DNA of 64,000 nt from Azospirillum brasilense. Its GTDB lineage: Bacteria > Pseudomonadota > Alphaproteobacteria > Rickettsiales > UBA3002. How positions within the stretch are numbered: position 1 is the first letter of the stretch; every line of letters begins with the position of its first letter. A model generated the notes under the pieces. It was given only the letters and a program-made list of their open reading frames with translations, was not told where the DNA came from and did no database searches. A program made the translations under genes and the position numbers. Location: NCBI GenBank assembly GCA_003241645.1, contig QFOX01000002.1, positions 1,459-65,458 on the forward strand, given 5' to 3'. Of the stretch, positions 26,449 to 35,253 are shown piece by piece.

Positions 26449-26982
26449 ATGACGGCTAAGCGTTGGTTCTATTCGATGTTGGCGCTACCCGTAGGGCTAC
26501 CCCTATTCTTATGCCTTATGGCCCATTTGCTTTATGCGACCATGCCCGATCTAGCCTTTAGCTACGAAATTAAAAATGACCGCGTTCATTATACTTATTC
26601 CAATGGCTCTGGTACATACGGCGTTGGTATTGGATATAATGCAGTTGTAACGTATCTTACAGCACCAGTAAGAATTTATCCTATATTGTTGGCAATGATT
26701 ATTCAGCAGTCGCTTGAATATGCGTTTTACTACTTAGCATTCGTTCTAATAATTTTCTGGTGGAGTCATAATAAACCGTTTGAGCGTATCAGAAGAATTA
26801 TCTGGAAATTACCCTTACTTTATTACCCAATCTTTCTGGTTGGCTGGATAATTGAAAATTCCGGCAAGGGCTTAGGGCTGCAGATTATTGTTATGCCAAT
26901 ATTTATAATCACGGCTTATTTTTATGTCGCATTAGCGTGGGGGCTTACTCCTGAACGGTATAAAAATGCACCGCCACGCTGA
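26449..26982 (+). CDS. Hypothetical polytopic membrane protein encoded by a strongly AT-rich insert
   Basis: 177 aa with 4-5 hydrophobic helices rich in I/Y/F/L. Hand counts of two 60-nt lines give about 35% GC. Starts 2 nt after the lipA stop and overlaps the next gene by 17 nt. Confidence 0.55.
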   Translation: MTAKRWFYSMLALPVGLPLFLCLMAHLLYATMPDLAFSYEIKNDRVHYTYSNGSGTYGVGIGYNAVVTYLTAPVRIYPILLAMIIQQSLEYAFYYLAFVLIIFWWSHNKPFERIRRIIWKLPLLYYPIFLVGWIIENSGKGLGLQIIVMPIFIITAYFYVALAWGLTPERYKNAPPR

Positions 26983-27406
26983 GATTCGCCATTCGCCCCA
27001 CACACCGCAGCAGCTCTATGCGCTGGTGTTGGATATTGAGCGCTATCCCGAATTCATTCCCTGGGTGCGCGCCGCGCGTGTGCTGGAACATCAGGGCGAC
27101 CATTTCATCGGTGAGCTGGTGGTAAGCTTCAGCGGCTTCACCGAACGCTACAGCTCGAAGGTCATTCCCGATGCGGCAGCAATGAAGATCGACGTGGAAC
27201 TGGTGCGTGGACCGTTTACCACCCTTTCCAACCATTGGAAGTTCGAACCTGCCCCCCAAGGTGGCACCAACATTCATTTCGACGTGGCGTTCGAATTCAA
27301 ATCCAAACTGCTGGATAAGCTGATGGGGGCCATTTTCGGCCGCGCCTGCGACAAAATGGGCGAAGCCTTCGTCAAGCGCGCTGACGCGCTATACGGCCCC
27401 AAATAG
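26966..27406 (+). CDS. SRPBCC/START-fold protein (RatA / COQ10 ubiquinone-binding family)
   Basis: ...HTPQQLYALVLDIERYPEFIPWV... and ...FTERYSSKV... are typical of the polyketide_cyc2 / RatA-COQ10 family. Commonly found next to lipA in alphaproteobacteria (from memory). Confidence 0.75.
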   Translation: MHRHAEIRHSPHTPQQLYALVLDIERYPEFIPWVRAARVLEHQGDHFIGELVVSFSGFTERYSSKVIPDAAAMKIDVELVRGPFTTLSNHWKFEPAPQGGTNIHFDVAFEFKSKLLDKLMGAIFGRACDKMGEAFVKRADALYGPK

Positions 27407-28120
27407 CCCGCGCTTCTTCGCGGTTTTGACCGCCACTAGCGACAGTACGAGTACGGCTAACACCATGGCAAACCCTTGCCAATGCACGGGACCTGCCTCG
27501 TTCACCTGCTCCCAGAATTCAATGACCAGCAGCGCAAACGCACCATTAATGATGGTCGTATAATCCTTGGCGATGACCCGGCGCAGGTTAAATTTCATGC
27601 CGTGCGTGGCGGCCGGCAGGCGTGATAGCCGTGGAACCCAGCGGGGAACATCGCGGCAATAGGCGTCATAGGCATTGCCGAATTTTGCACGCAGGAAATA
27701 CTCCTCCGCCGCGATGATGGCAGTGTAGACTAACAGAAATACTGCCATGCCGATGGCGAACACCAACGGTGCACCATGCATAAGAAAAATGCCAATATAC
27801 ATAATGACATTGCCAACATAGAGCGGGTTACGGCAGGTGGCAAAAAACCCGTCCGTTACAAGATTCTCGGCATAGACCTTTTTATTCAGGCCACCACGCT
27901 TGATGTATTTAAAACCAATGACGGCCGCACGGATGCCAAGGCCCAGCATCATGAAGGCGGCCGCGATCCAGTCCTTGATGATCTCGCCCTGCTCTGCACC
28001 ACCAATGAGTTCCACGGGCGGTCGGATCGCGCAAAGCAGCACCAGCATGAGCGGAAAAAGCAAATTGCGGTATTTGAACAGCACATCGCCGATCTTTACC
28101 AGCAGGGATTTAGGGGGCAT
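27389..28120 (-). CDS. ICMT/PEMT-family integral-membrane methyltransferase
   Basis: LVTDGFFATCRNPLYVGNV and EEYFLRAKFGNAYDAYCRDVPRWVP match the isoprenylcysteine carboxyl / phospholipid methyltransferase signature. Polytopic. Confidence 0.8.
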   Translation of the reverse strand: MPPKSLLVKIGDVLFKYRNLLFPLMLVLLCAIRPPVELIGGAEQGEIIKDWIAAAFMMLGLGIRAAVIGFKYIKRGGLNKKVYAENLVTDGFFATCRNPLYVGNVIMYIGIFLMHGAPLVFAIGMAVFLLVYTAIIAAEEYFLRAKFGNAYDAYCRDVPRWVPRLSRLPAATHGMKFNLRRVIAKDYTTIINGAFALLVIEFWEQVNEAGPVHWQGFAMVLAVLVLSLVAVKTAKKRGLFGAV

Positions 28121-28128
28121 GAATACTC

Positions 28129-28860
28129 CTATTTTTTGGCGATGATGCCGCAGAAATTATACCAGCGGAAGAACACGTCGATCTTGCTGAAGCCCGCATC
28201 GCGCAACAATTCGAAATTCTCTTCCATACGGTAGGGGATCAGCACGTTCTCCAGCGCCTCGCGCTTGTTGGCGATCTCCATATCGGAGTAGCCGTTGCGG
28301 CGCTTGTAATCGTAGTAATGGGCAATGAACAGGCGATTGAAGATGGTATCTTCGCTGGTGAGTTTCTCGATCATCAGGAACGCGCCGTTCTCGTTCAGCC
28401 CGTCATAGATCTGCTTCACGATGCGTTCACGGTACAGCGGGCGCACGAATTGCAGCGTCAGGATCATGCTGACCAACGAAGCGTTCTCGATATGCAGGCC
28501 CTTATGCAGGTCGGCATATTCAAGCTTATAGGCGTGGTTAAGCTGCGCGGCTGCCAGTTTTTCTTCCGCTTTCTTCAGCATCTCGTGCGAATTATCCAGC
28601 CCAATGAGCGTGGTCTTCGCCCGGATGCGCTGGCTGAACGCAATCAGCGACGTGCCGGTAGAACAGCCGATGTCATAAAGGTTGCTGCCGTCGGTGGCAA
28701 AGTCCCCGGCTAGCTCGGCGCTCATGCGCTGCATTTCGTCGTAGAACGGAACGGACCGGCTGACCATGTCGTCGAACACCCCGGCGACGACCTTATCAAA
28801 GGTGAAATCCTGCACCGCGCGTTCGCGCAGCTCAAATACCTTGTCGATGGCTTTTTCCAT
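28129..28860 (-). CDS. cmoA: Carboxy-S-adenosyl-L-methionine synthase CmoA family
   Basis: Full-length similarity to E. coli CmoA as remembered: FTFDKVVAGVFDDMVSRSVPFYD, LYDIGCSTG, LTLQFV, and the CmoA-specific YKRRNGYSDMEIANKREALENVL. 243 aa. Confidence 0.8.
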   Translation of the reverse strand: MEKAIDKVFELRERAVQDFTFDKVVAGVFDDMVSRSVPFYDEMQRMSAELAGDFATDGSNLYDIGCSTGTSLIAFSQRIRAKTTLIGLDNSHEMLKKAEEKLAAAQLNHAYKLEYADLHKGLHIENASLVSMILTLQFVRPLYRERIVKQIYDGLNENGAFLMIEKLTSEDTIFNRLFIAHYYDYKRRNGYSDMEIANKREALENVLIPYRMEENFELLRDAGFSKIDVFFRWYNFCGIIAKK

Positions 28861-28921
28861 GCGGCATCCTCCCGATGCAACAAGCCCTAACGCAGAATGC
28901 TGAGGCGAAGCTGAAGACGCG

Positions 28922-29887
28922 CTACAACCATTTCTTGCGTTTAAAATACAGCACCGGCAGCACGGCGGCGACCACCATCAGCCCCAGCGCCATGGGGTAG
29001 CCAAGCTTCCAGCCCAGCTCGGGCATGTGTTCGAAGTTCATGCCGTAAATACTGGCGACCAGCGTGGGCGGCAGGAACACCACCGCCGCGATGGAGAAGA
29101 TCTTGATGATGTTGTTCTGCTCGATCGAGATCATGCCTAGCGTCGCATCCAACAGGAAGGAAACCTTGCTGGAGATGAACGCAGCATGGTCGTTCAGCGC
29201 GGTAATATCCTTGCCATGCGCGGTGAGCTGCGCGCCCACCTCGGGCGACAGGTTCTTGATGTTCTGCTGCGCATAGGCCACCAGCCGCCACAGGGTGGTG
29301 AGGCTCTCGCGCGCTTTGCTGGCCACGTCGCCGCACTGGCCAATGCGCGCCAGCGCATCCTGATAATTGACGGGGCTTTTGGTGTTGGCGGGGAAAATTT
29401 CTTTGGTGATGCCATCCGCCCGCACGGTGATGGCCTCAAGAATATCCGCCGCGCGGTTGATGATGGATTCCATCAGCCCCGCGAACACCGCATGCGCCGT
29501 GTGCATGGGCTCGTCGCCCTTCAACAGCGTGGCCGGGAACGCGCGAAACGGCACGGGGTCGATGTAGCGCACGGTAATCAGGTGCCGCTCGTTCAGGATA
29601 AAGGTGGTGGCGTGGTTCTCGGGCTCGGCGGTGTCGAACTTTGTGAGCAATGTCGCCGTCATGAACAGATGCTGCTGTTCCATGTAGAGCCGGTTGGAAA
29701 TTTCGATCTCGCGCATTTCCTCGCGCGTGGGGATCTCCATGGCAAGGCAGGCTTCCACGGCATGCTCTTCTTCGCGCGTGGGGGCGAACAGGTCCAGCCA
29801 GATGGCGTCAGCCGGCACGGTGGTGCCCGGTTGCCAAAGGGTTTGGTGCACGCGGCCTTCGGCCAGATGGTAAATGGTAAGTGCCAT
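28922..29887 (-). CDS. corA: Magnesium/cobalt transporter CorA
   Basis: YGMNF (GMN motif) followed by two C-terminal TM helices. Start at ATG 29887. Confidence 0.9.
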   Translation of the reverse strand: MALTIYHLAEGRVHQTLWQPGTTVPADAIWLDLFAPTREEEHAVEACLAMEIPTREEMREIEISNRLYMEQQHLFMTATLLTKFDTAEPENHATTFILNERHLITVRYIDPVPFRAFPATLLKGDEPMHTAHAVFAGLMESIINRAADILEAITVRADGITKEIFPANTKSPVNYQDALARIGQCGDVASKARESLTTLWRLVAYAQQNIKNLSPEVGAQLTAHGKDITALNDHAAFISSKVSFLLDATLGMISIEQNNIIKIFSIAAVVFLPPTLVASIYGMNFEHMPELGWKLGYPMALGLMVVAAVLPVLYFKRKKWL

Positions 29888-29954
29888 GCGCCGGTGGTAG
29901 CGCAAGCGTGGGCGGTTGTACAGCACTTGCCCCGCGCTGCGAACCTGCTATGCC

Positions 29955-30587
29955 ATGCGCATGGAAATGGAATTCATCAAAACCGCTTTTGTCACCCTGT
30001 TCGTGGCCGTGGACCCGCCGGGCCTCGCCGCGATCTTCCTCGGGCTGACCACCGCCATGACCGTGGCGCAGCGCAAGCGCACGGCCTACCGCTCGGTGGT
30101 CATTGCGTTCGGCATTCTGGTGGCCGCGGCCCTTGGTGGCCAGCGCTTGTTGGATATGCTGGGCATCAGCATTCCGGCGTTCCGCATCGCGGGTGGGCTG
30201 CTGCTGTTCTACATTGCCGCGGAAATGGTGTTCGAAAAGCGTGAGGAGCGCAAAAGCCACTCGGCCGAGCACGCGATTGAACAGGACCACCCCGACGATA
30301 TTGCCGCCTTCCCGCTGGCCATTCCGTTGATGGCCGGGCCCGGCGCCATTACCGCCACCATCCTGCAAGCCAGCGCCGCGCATGACAGTGTGTGGAATTT
30401 CGTGGCGCTCATTGCGGTCATCGCGCTGGTCATCGGCTCGTGCCTCGGCACCTTCTTAATGGCCGGGCGCATTGACCGGCTGCTGGGCACCACCGGGCGG
30501 CTGGTGCTGTCGCGCCTGCTGGGGGTAATCCTTGCGGCCATGGCGGTGCAGATCGTGGGTGACGGCGTGATGAGCTTCGCCAATTAG
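29955..30587 (+). CDS. MarC family (UPF0056) membrane protein
   Basis: About 210-aa polytopic protein. FVAVDPPG near the N-terminus and PLAIPLMAGPGAIT blocks typical of MarC. Confidence 0.8.
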   Translation: MRMEMEFIKTAFVTLFVAVDPPGLAAIFLGLTTAMTVAQRKRTAYRSVVIAFGILVAAALGGQRLLDMLGISIPAFRIAGGLLLFYIAAEMVFEKREERKSHSAEHAIEQDHPDDIAAFPLAIPLMAGPGAITATILQASAAHDSVWNFVALIAVIALVIGSCLGTFLMAGRIDRLLGTTGRLVLSRLLGVILAAMAVQIVGDGVMSFAN

Positions 30588-30590
30588 CGG

Positions 30591-32993
30591 CTAGGCCGCC
30601 TGCTCAAGCAGGCCGCGATCACGGAAGAAATCATGGATGCGGCCGATCTCCGCCTCGATGCGGTCGACCAGCTCGAGCCGGTGCTGCGCCGATTCGGAAA
30701 CATACGCCTGCCCCTGCCCGCACAGCACGTAAAGTTGTTTGGCACCAATGTTGGCGGCGCTGCCTTTGAGCAGGTGCGCGGCTTCGTACCACGGCTTGCT
30801 CACGCCATCGACGCAGCAATTGCGCAGTTCGCCCACCACTTCATTCGCGTGCTCAAGAAACAGCTGCGCAATATGCACTTCACGGTCGCGGTTGCCCTGC
30901 GCATACGCGTCGATCAGTTGCATGTCGATGGGCGCATCGGGCGGGGTGTGGCGCGCCGCGGGTTGCCCCGGCTGCGTGCCGGGCAACGGATTCAGCTGCA
31001 CCCACTGGCCAAGCATCTGCCGGAAATGATCGATGTCGATGGGTTTGCCGATATATTCGTCCATGCCCACGGCAAGGCATTTGTCGCGCTCGCCGAACAG
31101 CACGTTGGCCGTCATGGCCACGATGGGAATGCGCTGCTGGCTACCCTTTTCCAGCTCACGAATGGCGGTGGCCACTTCGTAGCCGCTTTTCTCGGGCATG
31201 TGGCAATCGGTGAAGACGAGGTCAAACTCATGCTCCATGAACGCTTCGATGGCGAGCTGCCCGTTCTCGGCCATGTGCACATGGCGGAAGCCAAACCCTT
31301 CCAGCATTTTTTCCATGAACAGCTGGTTCAGCGGGTTATCTTCCGCCACGAGGATGCGCGCATCGGCCGCGTTCAGCAGCGGCTGGCTGCGCGCGATGTG
31401 CGGCTTCGGCGCAGCAAAATCCTGATGGCGGGCTTCGGCGCGGTCCATGGGAATGCGGAACCAGAAGCTGGAGCCGCGGCCCAGCGCGCTTTCCACGCCC
31501 AGTTCGCCGCCCATCATTTCCACCAGCTGTTTGGTGATGGCAAGGCCAAGGCCCGTGCCGCCATATTTGCGGGTGGTGGATGTGTCGGCCTGGCTGAATT
31601 CCTCGAAAATGACGGCGTGTTTTTCCGGCGCGATGCCAATGCCCGTGTCGGTCACGCGGCAGAGCAGTTCCACCTTGCCGCCCAGATCGTGCCAGCTCAT
31701 ATCCACCGCCACGCTGCCCTGATGGGTGTATTTCAGCGCATTGCCGATGAGGTTGTTGAGAATGCGCGCCACGCGCGTGGGGTCGCCCATGCTGTCGGGG
31801 AAGGGTTTCTTTTTAATGGAAAGGGTGAGCAGCAGCCCCTTCTGCGTGGCCAGCGGTTGCAGGATCTCGACCACCTGCTGCGCCACTTCGGCCGGGTTGA
31901 AGCCGATATGTTCCAGCGTCACCTGATTCGCTTCGATCTTCGACAGGTCCAGAATATCGTCCACGGTCTTCAGCAGCATATCCGACGCCTGAAGCACGGT
32001 CTTGATCATGGTGCGCTGTTCCGGCGAAAGCGCCGTGTCATGCAGCAGGCGTGACATGCCCAGAATGCTGTTGAGCGGCGTGCGCAGTTCGTGGCTCATG
32101 TTCGCGAGGAATTCGGATTTCGCTTTGTTCGCGCGTTCGGCTTCCACGCGCCGCGCTTTATTCTCCATCGCCTCTTTCTCGATGGTGATATCCTCGATGA
32201 TGCCATAGAGCACGGCGGGCTCGCCCTGCTCGTCGAACACGGGCACCTTCACCGTGCGGCCATACCACTTGCCGCGCGCCGAAGTTACGGGCTCTTCTTC
32301 GACCTCCACCACCTCGCCGGATTCGATCACCTTATGGTCAATGGAGCGGAAAAAATCGGCTTCTTCTTTGGGGAAGAAATCGTAATCGGTCTTGCCCAGC
32401 ATGTTGGCGGCCTGCATGCCGAACACTTCTTCGGCCTTGCGGTTCCACACGAGGTAATTGAAATTATTCTGCACATCCTTGGCGAACAGCGCCACGGGAA
32501 GATGCTCAATGATCTTGTTCAGGATGTCCTTTTGCCGACTGACTTCGCGCGCGCTGCGCTCGGCCTGCTCCTGCGCCAGTTTGCGCGCGGTAATATCCTC
32601 AACGATCGCCAGCAGCAGCAGCGGCTTGCCTTCGGCGTCGTAGATCGGCACCTTGACGGTGTGCGACCACTGGTCGCCCACGGCCTCTTCGTTGATCTCC
32701 AGCACCTGTCGGCTTTGCATCACCTCATGGTCCACCGCGTGGAACGACGCGGCATGTTCCGCCGGGAACAGCTCTTCGTCGCGCTTGCCGACCACGTCCG
32801 TGGCTTTCAACCCGAAAGCCCGCTCGGCCTGCTTGTTCCAGATGAGGTAACGCTCCTCGTTGCGCATGTCTTTTACGAACATGGCGACGGGAAGGTTCTC
32901 GATCAGCATCATCAGCAGGTTTTGCTGTTCGTCGTCTGCCACCGTGAGTGGGGCAATCGTTTTCAGGAAAGAGGGTGCGCTAAGATCCGTCAT
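30591..32993 (-). CDS. Hybrid sensor histidine kinase/response regulator (2x PAS, HisKA, HATPase_c, REC, Hpt)
   Basis: Two similar PAS segments (..LIWNKQAERAFG.. / ..LVWNRKAEEVFG..). H-box FLANMSHELRTPLN and G-boxes (DTGIGI, GGTGLGL). REC domain (ILVAEDNPLNQ...DLVFTDCHMPEKSG...MTAN). C-terminal Hpt (AHLLKGSAANIGA). Confidence 0.9.
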   Translation of the reverse strand: MTDLSAPSFLKTIAPLTVADDEQQNLLMMLIENLPVAMFVKDMRNEERYLIWNKQAERAFGLKATDVVGKRDEELFPAEHAASFHAVDHEVMQSRQVLEINEEAVGDQWSHTVKVPIYDAEGKPLLLLAIVEDITARKLAQEQAERSAREVSRQKDILNKIIEHLPVALFAKDVQNNFNYLVWNRKAEEVFGMQAANMLGKTDYDFFPKEEADFFRSIDHKVIESGEVVEVEEEPVTSARGKWYGRTVKVPVFDEQGEPAVLYGIIEDITIEKEAMENKARRVEAERANKAKSEFLANMSHELRTPLNSILGMSRLLHDTALSPEQRTMIKTVLQASDMLLKTVDDILDLSKIEANQVTLEHIGFNPAEVAQQVVEILQPLATQKGLLLTLSIKKKPFPDSMGDPTRVARILNNLIGNALKYTHQGSVAVDMSWHDLGGKVELLCRVTDTGIGIAPEKHAVIFEEFSQADTSTTRKYGGTGLGLAITKQLVEMMGGELGVESALGRGSSFWFRIPMDRAEARHQDFAAPKPHIARSQPLLNAADARILVAEDNPLNQLFMEKMLEGFGFRHVHMAENGQLAIEAFMEHEFDLVFTDCHMPEKSGYEVATAIRELEKGSQQRIPIVAMTANVLFGERDKCLAVGMDEYIGKPIDIDHFRQMLGQWVQLNPLPGTQPGQPAARHTPPDAPIDMQLIDAYAQGNRDREVHIAQLFLEHANEVVGELRNCCVDGVSKPWYEAAHLLKGSAANIGAKQLYVLCGQGQAYVSESAQHRLELVDRIEAEIGRIHDFFRDRGLLEQAA

Positions 32994-33012
32994 GGGATGA
33001 ACGTATATACAA

Positions 33013-33035
33013 CTTTTGCGCGATTAACGCAAAAG
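33013..33035 (-). terminator. Possible terminator hairpin after the SLC13 permease gene
   Basis: CTTTTGCG-7 nt-CGCAAAAG forms a perfect 8-bp stem. On the minus strand it is followed by TTGTATATA, a weak U-tract. It also lies just upstream of the kinase gene. Confidence 0.4.
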
Positions 33036-33065
33036 CTAATGCCAAGTATTTATGTTGCATTGCAA

Positions 33066-34904
33066 CTAATTGACGGGCCAGAACGCAAGGATAAGTGGTG
33101 TCCCCACGACCACCACAATGATGGATAGCGGCAGGCCAAGGCGCCAGTAATCACTGAACTTGTAGCCACCCGGCCCCATGACCAGCGTGTTGGACTGGTG
33201 GCCGATGGGGGTCAGGAAATCGCAACTGGTGCCCACGGCGACCGCCATCAGGAACGGGTCCACGTTGTAGCCCAGCTTGCTGGCCAGCCCCGCGGCGATG
33301 GGTGCCATCAGCAGCACGGTGGCGGCGTTGTTCAAAAACGGCGTGATCAGCATGGAGCAGACGATGACCATCGCCACCATCAGCGGGGCGGATAGCCCGC
33401 TTGTGACCTGTGCCACCAGACTGGAAATGATCTCGGTGCCGCCCACGTCCTGCAGGGCCGAGGTAACGGGGATCATGGCCGCCAGCAGCACGATGACGGG
33501 CGCATCGATGGCGGCGTACATCTCGTTCAGGCGAAGGATGCGCAAGTAGCCAATGGCCAGCACACCGCCGAGGAACGCAATGGAAATGGGCAGCGCGTTC
33601 GCCACCGTCAGCCCCACGCACACCGCCAGAATAATGACGGGCAGCACCGCCACCCGCGCCCGGCCAAGCTGTAGGTTGCGCTCGGCCAGCGGCAGGCAGC
33701 CCAGTTCGGCCAGCGTGTCGGCCATGCTATCCTTGTGGCCTTGCAGCACGATCACGTCGCCCTCGCCCAGCCGCCGGTCTGCAAGGCGCGCGCTCTTCTG
33801 GGCAGGGGCCTGGAACCAGCGCGTCAGCCCACGCACCGCGCCCGTAGCGGCCGCCTGCCGCACGGCCAGCAGGTTCACACCATAGCGCGAGCGCAGTTGC
33901 AGGCGTTTGGGCGTGTTGCGGATCATGTGCGAGCCCGGGGCAATGACCGCCTCGACCACGTGGATATCGTCGGAGCTTAACTTTACGCCTTCGAGTTCCT
34001 TGCTGGCGGCGAGTTCAAGCTTTGCTTTGTCCACCACGTCTTTCAGGGTGATGGGATCAGTTTCCACCACCAACGTGTCGCCTTGCGCCACCACCGTGAA
34101 GGCAGCAGGCACCATGGTGCGCTGTTTTTCGTGCGTGATGCCGATAATGGCGAATTCCCCATCGATGCTGTCTTCGATCGCACCAATGGTCTTGCCGATG
34201 AAGGGCGAATCTTCGCCCACCACCACTTCGCTCACGTAATCCTCAATGGTGAACTGGTCCTCGGCGGCGGTGGCGCCGCGCCGCTCTTTCGGGATCAGCC
34301 GCCAGCCGAACGCCAGATACACAATGCCCACCGCACAGATGCCCAGCCCCACGGGCGCGAAGTCGAACATACTATAGGGCGTGCCGACAATATCCTGACG
34401 GATGCTGGAGATCAGCAGGTTCGGCGGCGTGCCGATGAGGGTGACCAACCCACCCAGCAACGAACCGAAGGAGAGCGGCATCAGCAGTTCGGAAGCCGAA
34501 CGGCCCGATTTTTTGGCGAAGGCCAGCGCGATGGGCAGGAATACCGCCAGCGCGCCCACATTGTTCATGAAGGCGGAAAGCCCCATGACCATGCCCACCA
34601 GCATCACGATCTGCAGGTATTTGCGCTCGATAACGCCCGAGAGCGCGCGCAGGCACCAGTCAATGAACCCGGAGCGGCTGATGGCCGCACTAATAACCAG
34701 AATGGTCGCCACCGTGGTGACCACGGGGTCGGCAAGGCCGGTGAATGCTTCTTTGGCAGGAACTACCCCCGCCACCACCGCGGCGAACAGCGCCAGCAGC
34801 GCCACAAGGTCGTAACGCCAGCGGTTCCAGATGAACAACACCAATGATCCCGCGATGATGGAAAAGATCGCGATCTGGTCGGGCGTCAAACTCGTGGAAG
34901 GCAT
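33066..34904 (-). CDS. SLC13/DASS-family permease with two central TrkA-C (RCK_C) domains
   Basis: 612 aa. Polytopic N- and C-terminal halves flank two soluble TrkA-C-like segments (..IGKTIGAIED...VVAQGDTLVVETDP.. and ..LGEGDVIVLQGHKDSMADT..). Confidence 0.8.
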   Translation of the reverse strand: MPSTSLTPDQIAIFSIIAGSLVLFIWNRWRYDLVALLALFAAVVAGVVPAKEAFTGLADPVVTTVATILVISAAISRSGFIDWCLRALSGVIERKYLQIVMLVGMVMGLSAFMNNVGALAVFLPIALAFAKKSGRSASELLMPLSFGSLLGGLVTLIGTPPNLLISSIRQDIVGTPYSMFDFAPVGLGICAVGIVYLAFGWRLIPKERRGATAAEDQFTIEDYVSEVVVGEDSPFIGKTIGAIEDSIDGEFAIIGITHEKQRTMVPAAFTVVAQGDTLVVETDPITLKDVVDKAKLELAASKELEGVKLSSDDIHVVEAVIAPGSHMIRNTPKRLQLRSRYGVNLLAVRQAAATGAVRGLTRWFQAPAQKSARLADRRLGEGDVIVLQGHKDSMADTLAELGCLPLAERNLQLGRARVAVLPVIILAVCVGLTVANALPISIAFLGGVLAIGYLRILRLNEMYAAIDAPVIVLLAAMIPVTSALQDVGGTEIISSLVAQVTSGLSAPLMVAMVIVCSMLITPFLNNAATVLLMAPIAAGLASKLGYNVDPFLMAVAVGTSCDFLTPIGHQSNTLVMGPGGYKFSDYWRLGLPLSIIVVVVGTPLILAFWPVN

Positions 34905-34990
34905 ACATGCTCATGCGTAAGGTTACCCCATGGGCGCTACCATGCCGGCATATAAAAAGCGAATGCGGAACGCATCACACCCCACCAGAA

Positions 34991-35016
34991 ACACAAAACC
35001 CCACCATTCGGTGGGG
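34991..35016 (-). terminator. Rho-independent terminator downstream of tRNA-Ser
   Basis: The minus strand reads CCCCACC-GAAT-GGTGGGG followed by TTTTGTGTTT. Confidence 0.6.
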
Positions 35017-35027
35017 CCTTGCGTTTC

Positions 35028-35117
35028 TGGAGGAGAGGAGGAGATTCGAACTCCCGATACGCGTTAACGTATACACACTTTCCAGGCGTGCGCCTTAAAC
35101 CACTCGGCCACCTCTCC
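35028..35117 (-). tRNA. tRNA-Ser (anticodon GGA)
   Basis: The reverse complement folds by hand. Acceptor GGAGAGG/CCTCTCC. Anticodon stem CACGC/GUGUG with loop CU-GGA-AA. Long variable arm. T-arm GGGAG-TTCGAAT-CTCCT. Encoded CCA. 90 nt. Confidence 0.85.
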
Positions 35118-35186
35118 TCATCAACGCGTCACGGCAGATACGGCAAAACCCGCCAATTGCAAAGCGCAAAACGCATTGGTTGATGT

Positions 35187-35205
35187 TTCACGCTATCTTC
35201 ACGCT
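35187..35205 (+). promoter_or_regulatory. Candidate regulator site: TTCACGCT direct repeat with 11-bp period
   Basis: TTCACGCT-ATC-TTCACGCT lies 49-67 nt upstream of the ATG at 35254. Confidence 0.3.
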
Positions 35206-35253
35206 TTTTCAATGCTTTTGCGCGTATGCTACGCCCAGCATCAGGAGTACGCC

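Noticed and set aside
26966-27406. RatA as a toxin of a type II toxin-antitoxin system
   Set aside because: No small antitoxin partner is present. This SRPBCC/COQ10-like gene is a common housekeeping neighbour of lipA, and toxin status is doubtful for this family in that context.
34905-35253. Genomic island or integrative element at tRNA-Ser
   Set aside because: There is no integrase, excisionase or phage gene nearby, and I found no direct repeat of the tRNA 3' end. Only the neighbouring unknown-plus-oxidase pair is unusual, and it is reported separately with low certainty.
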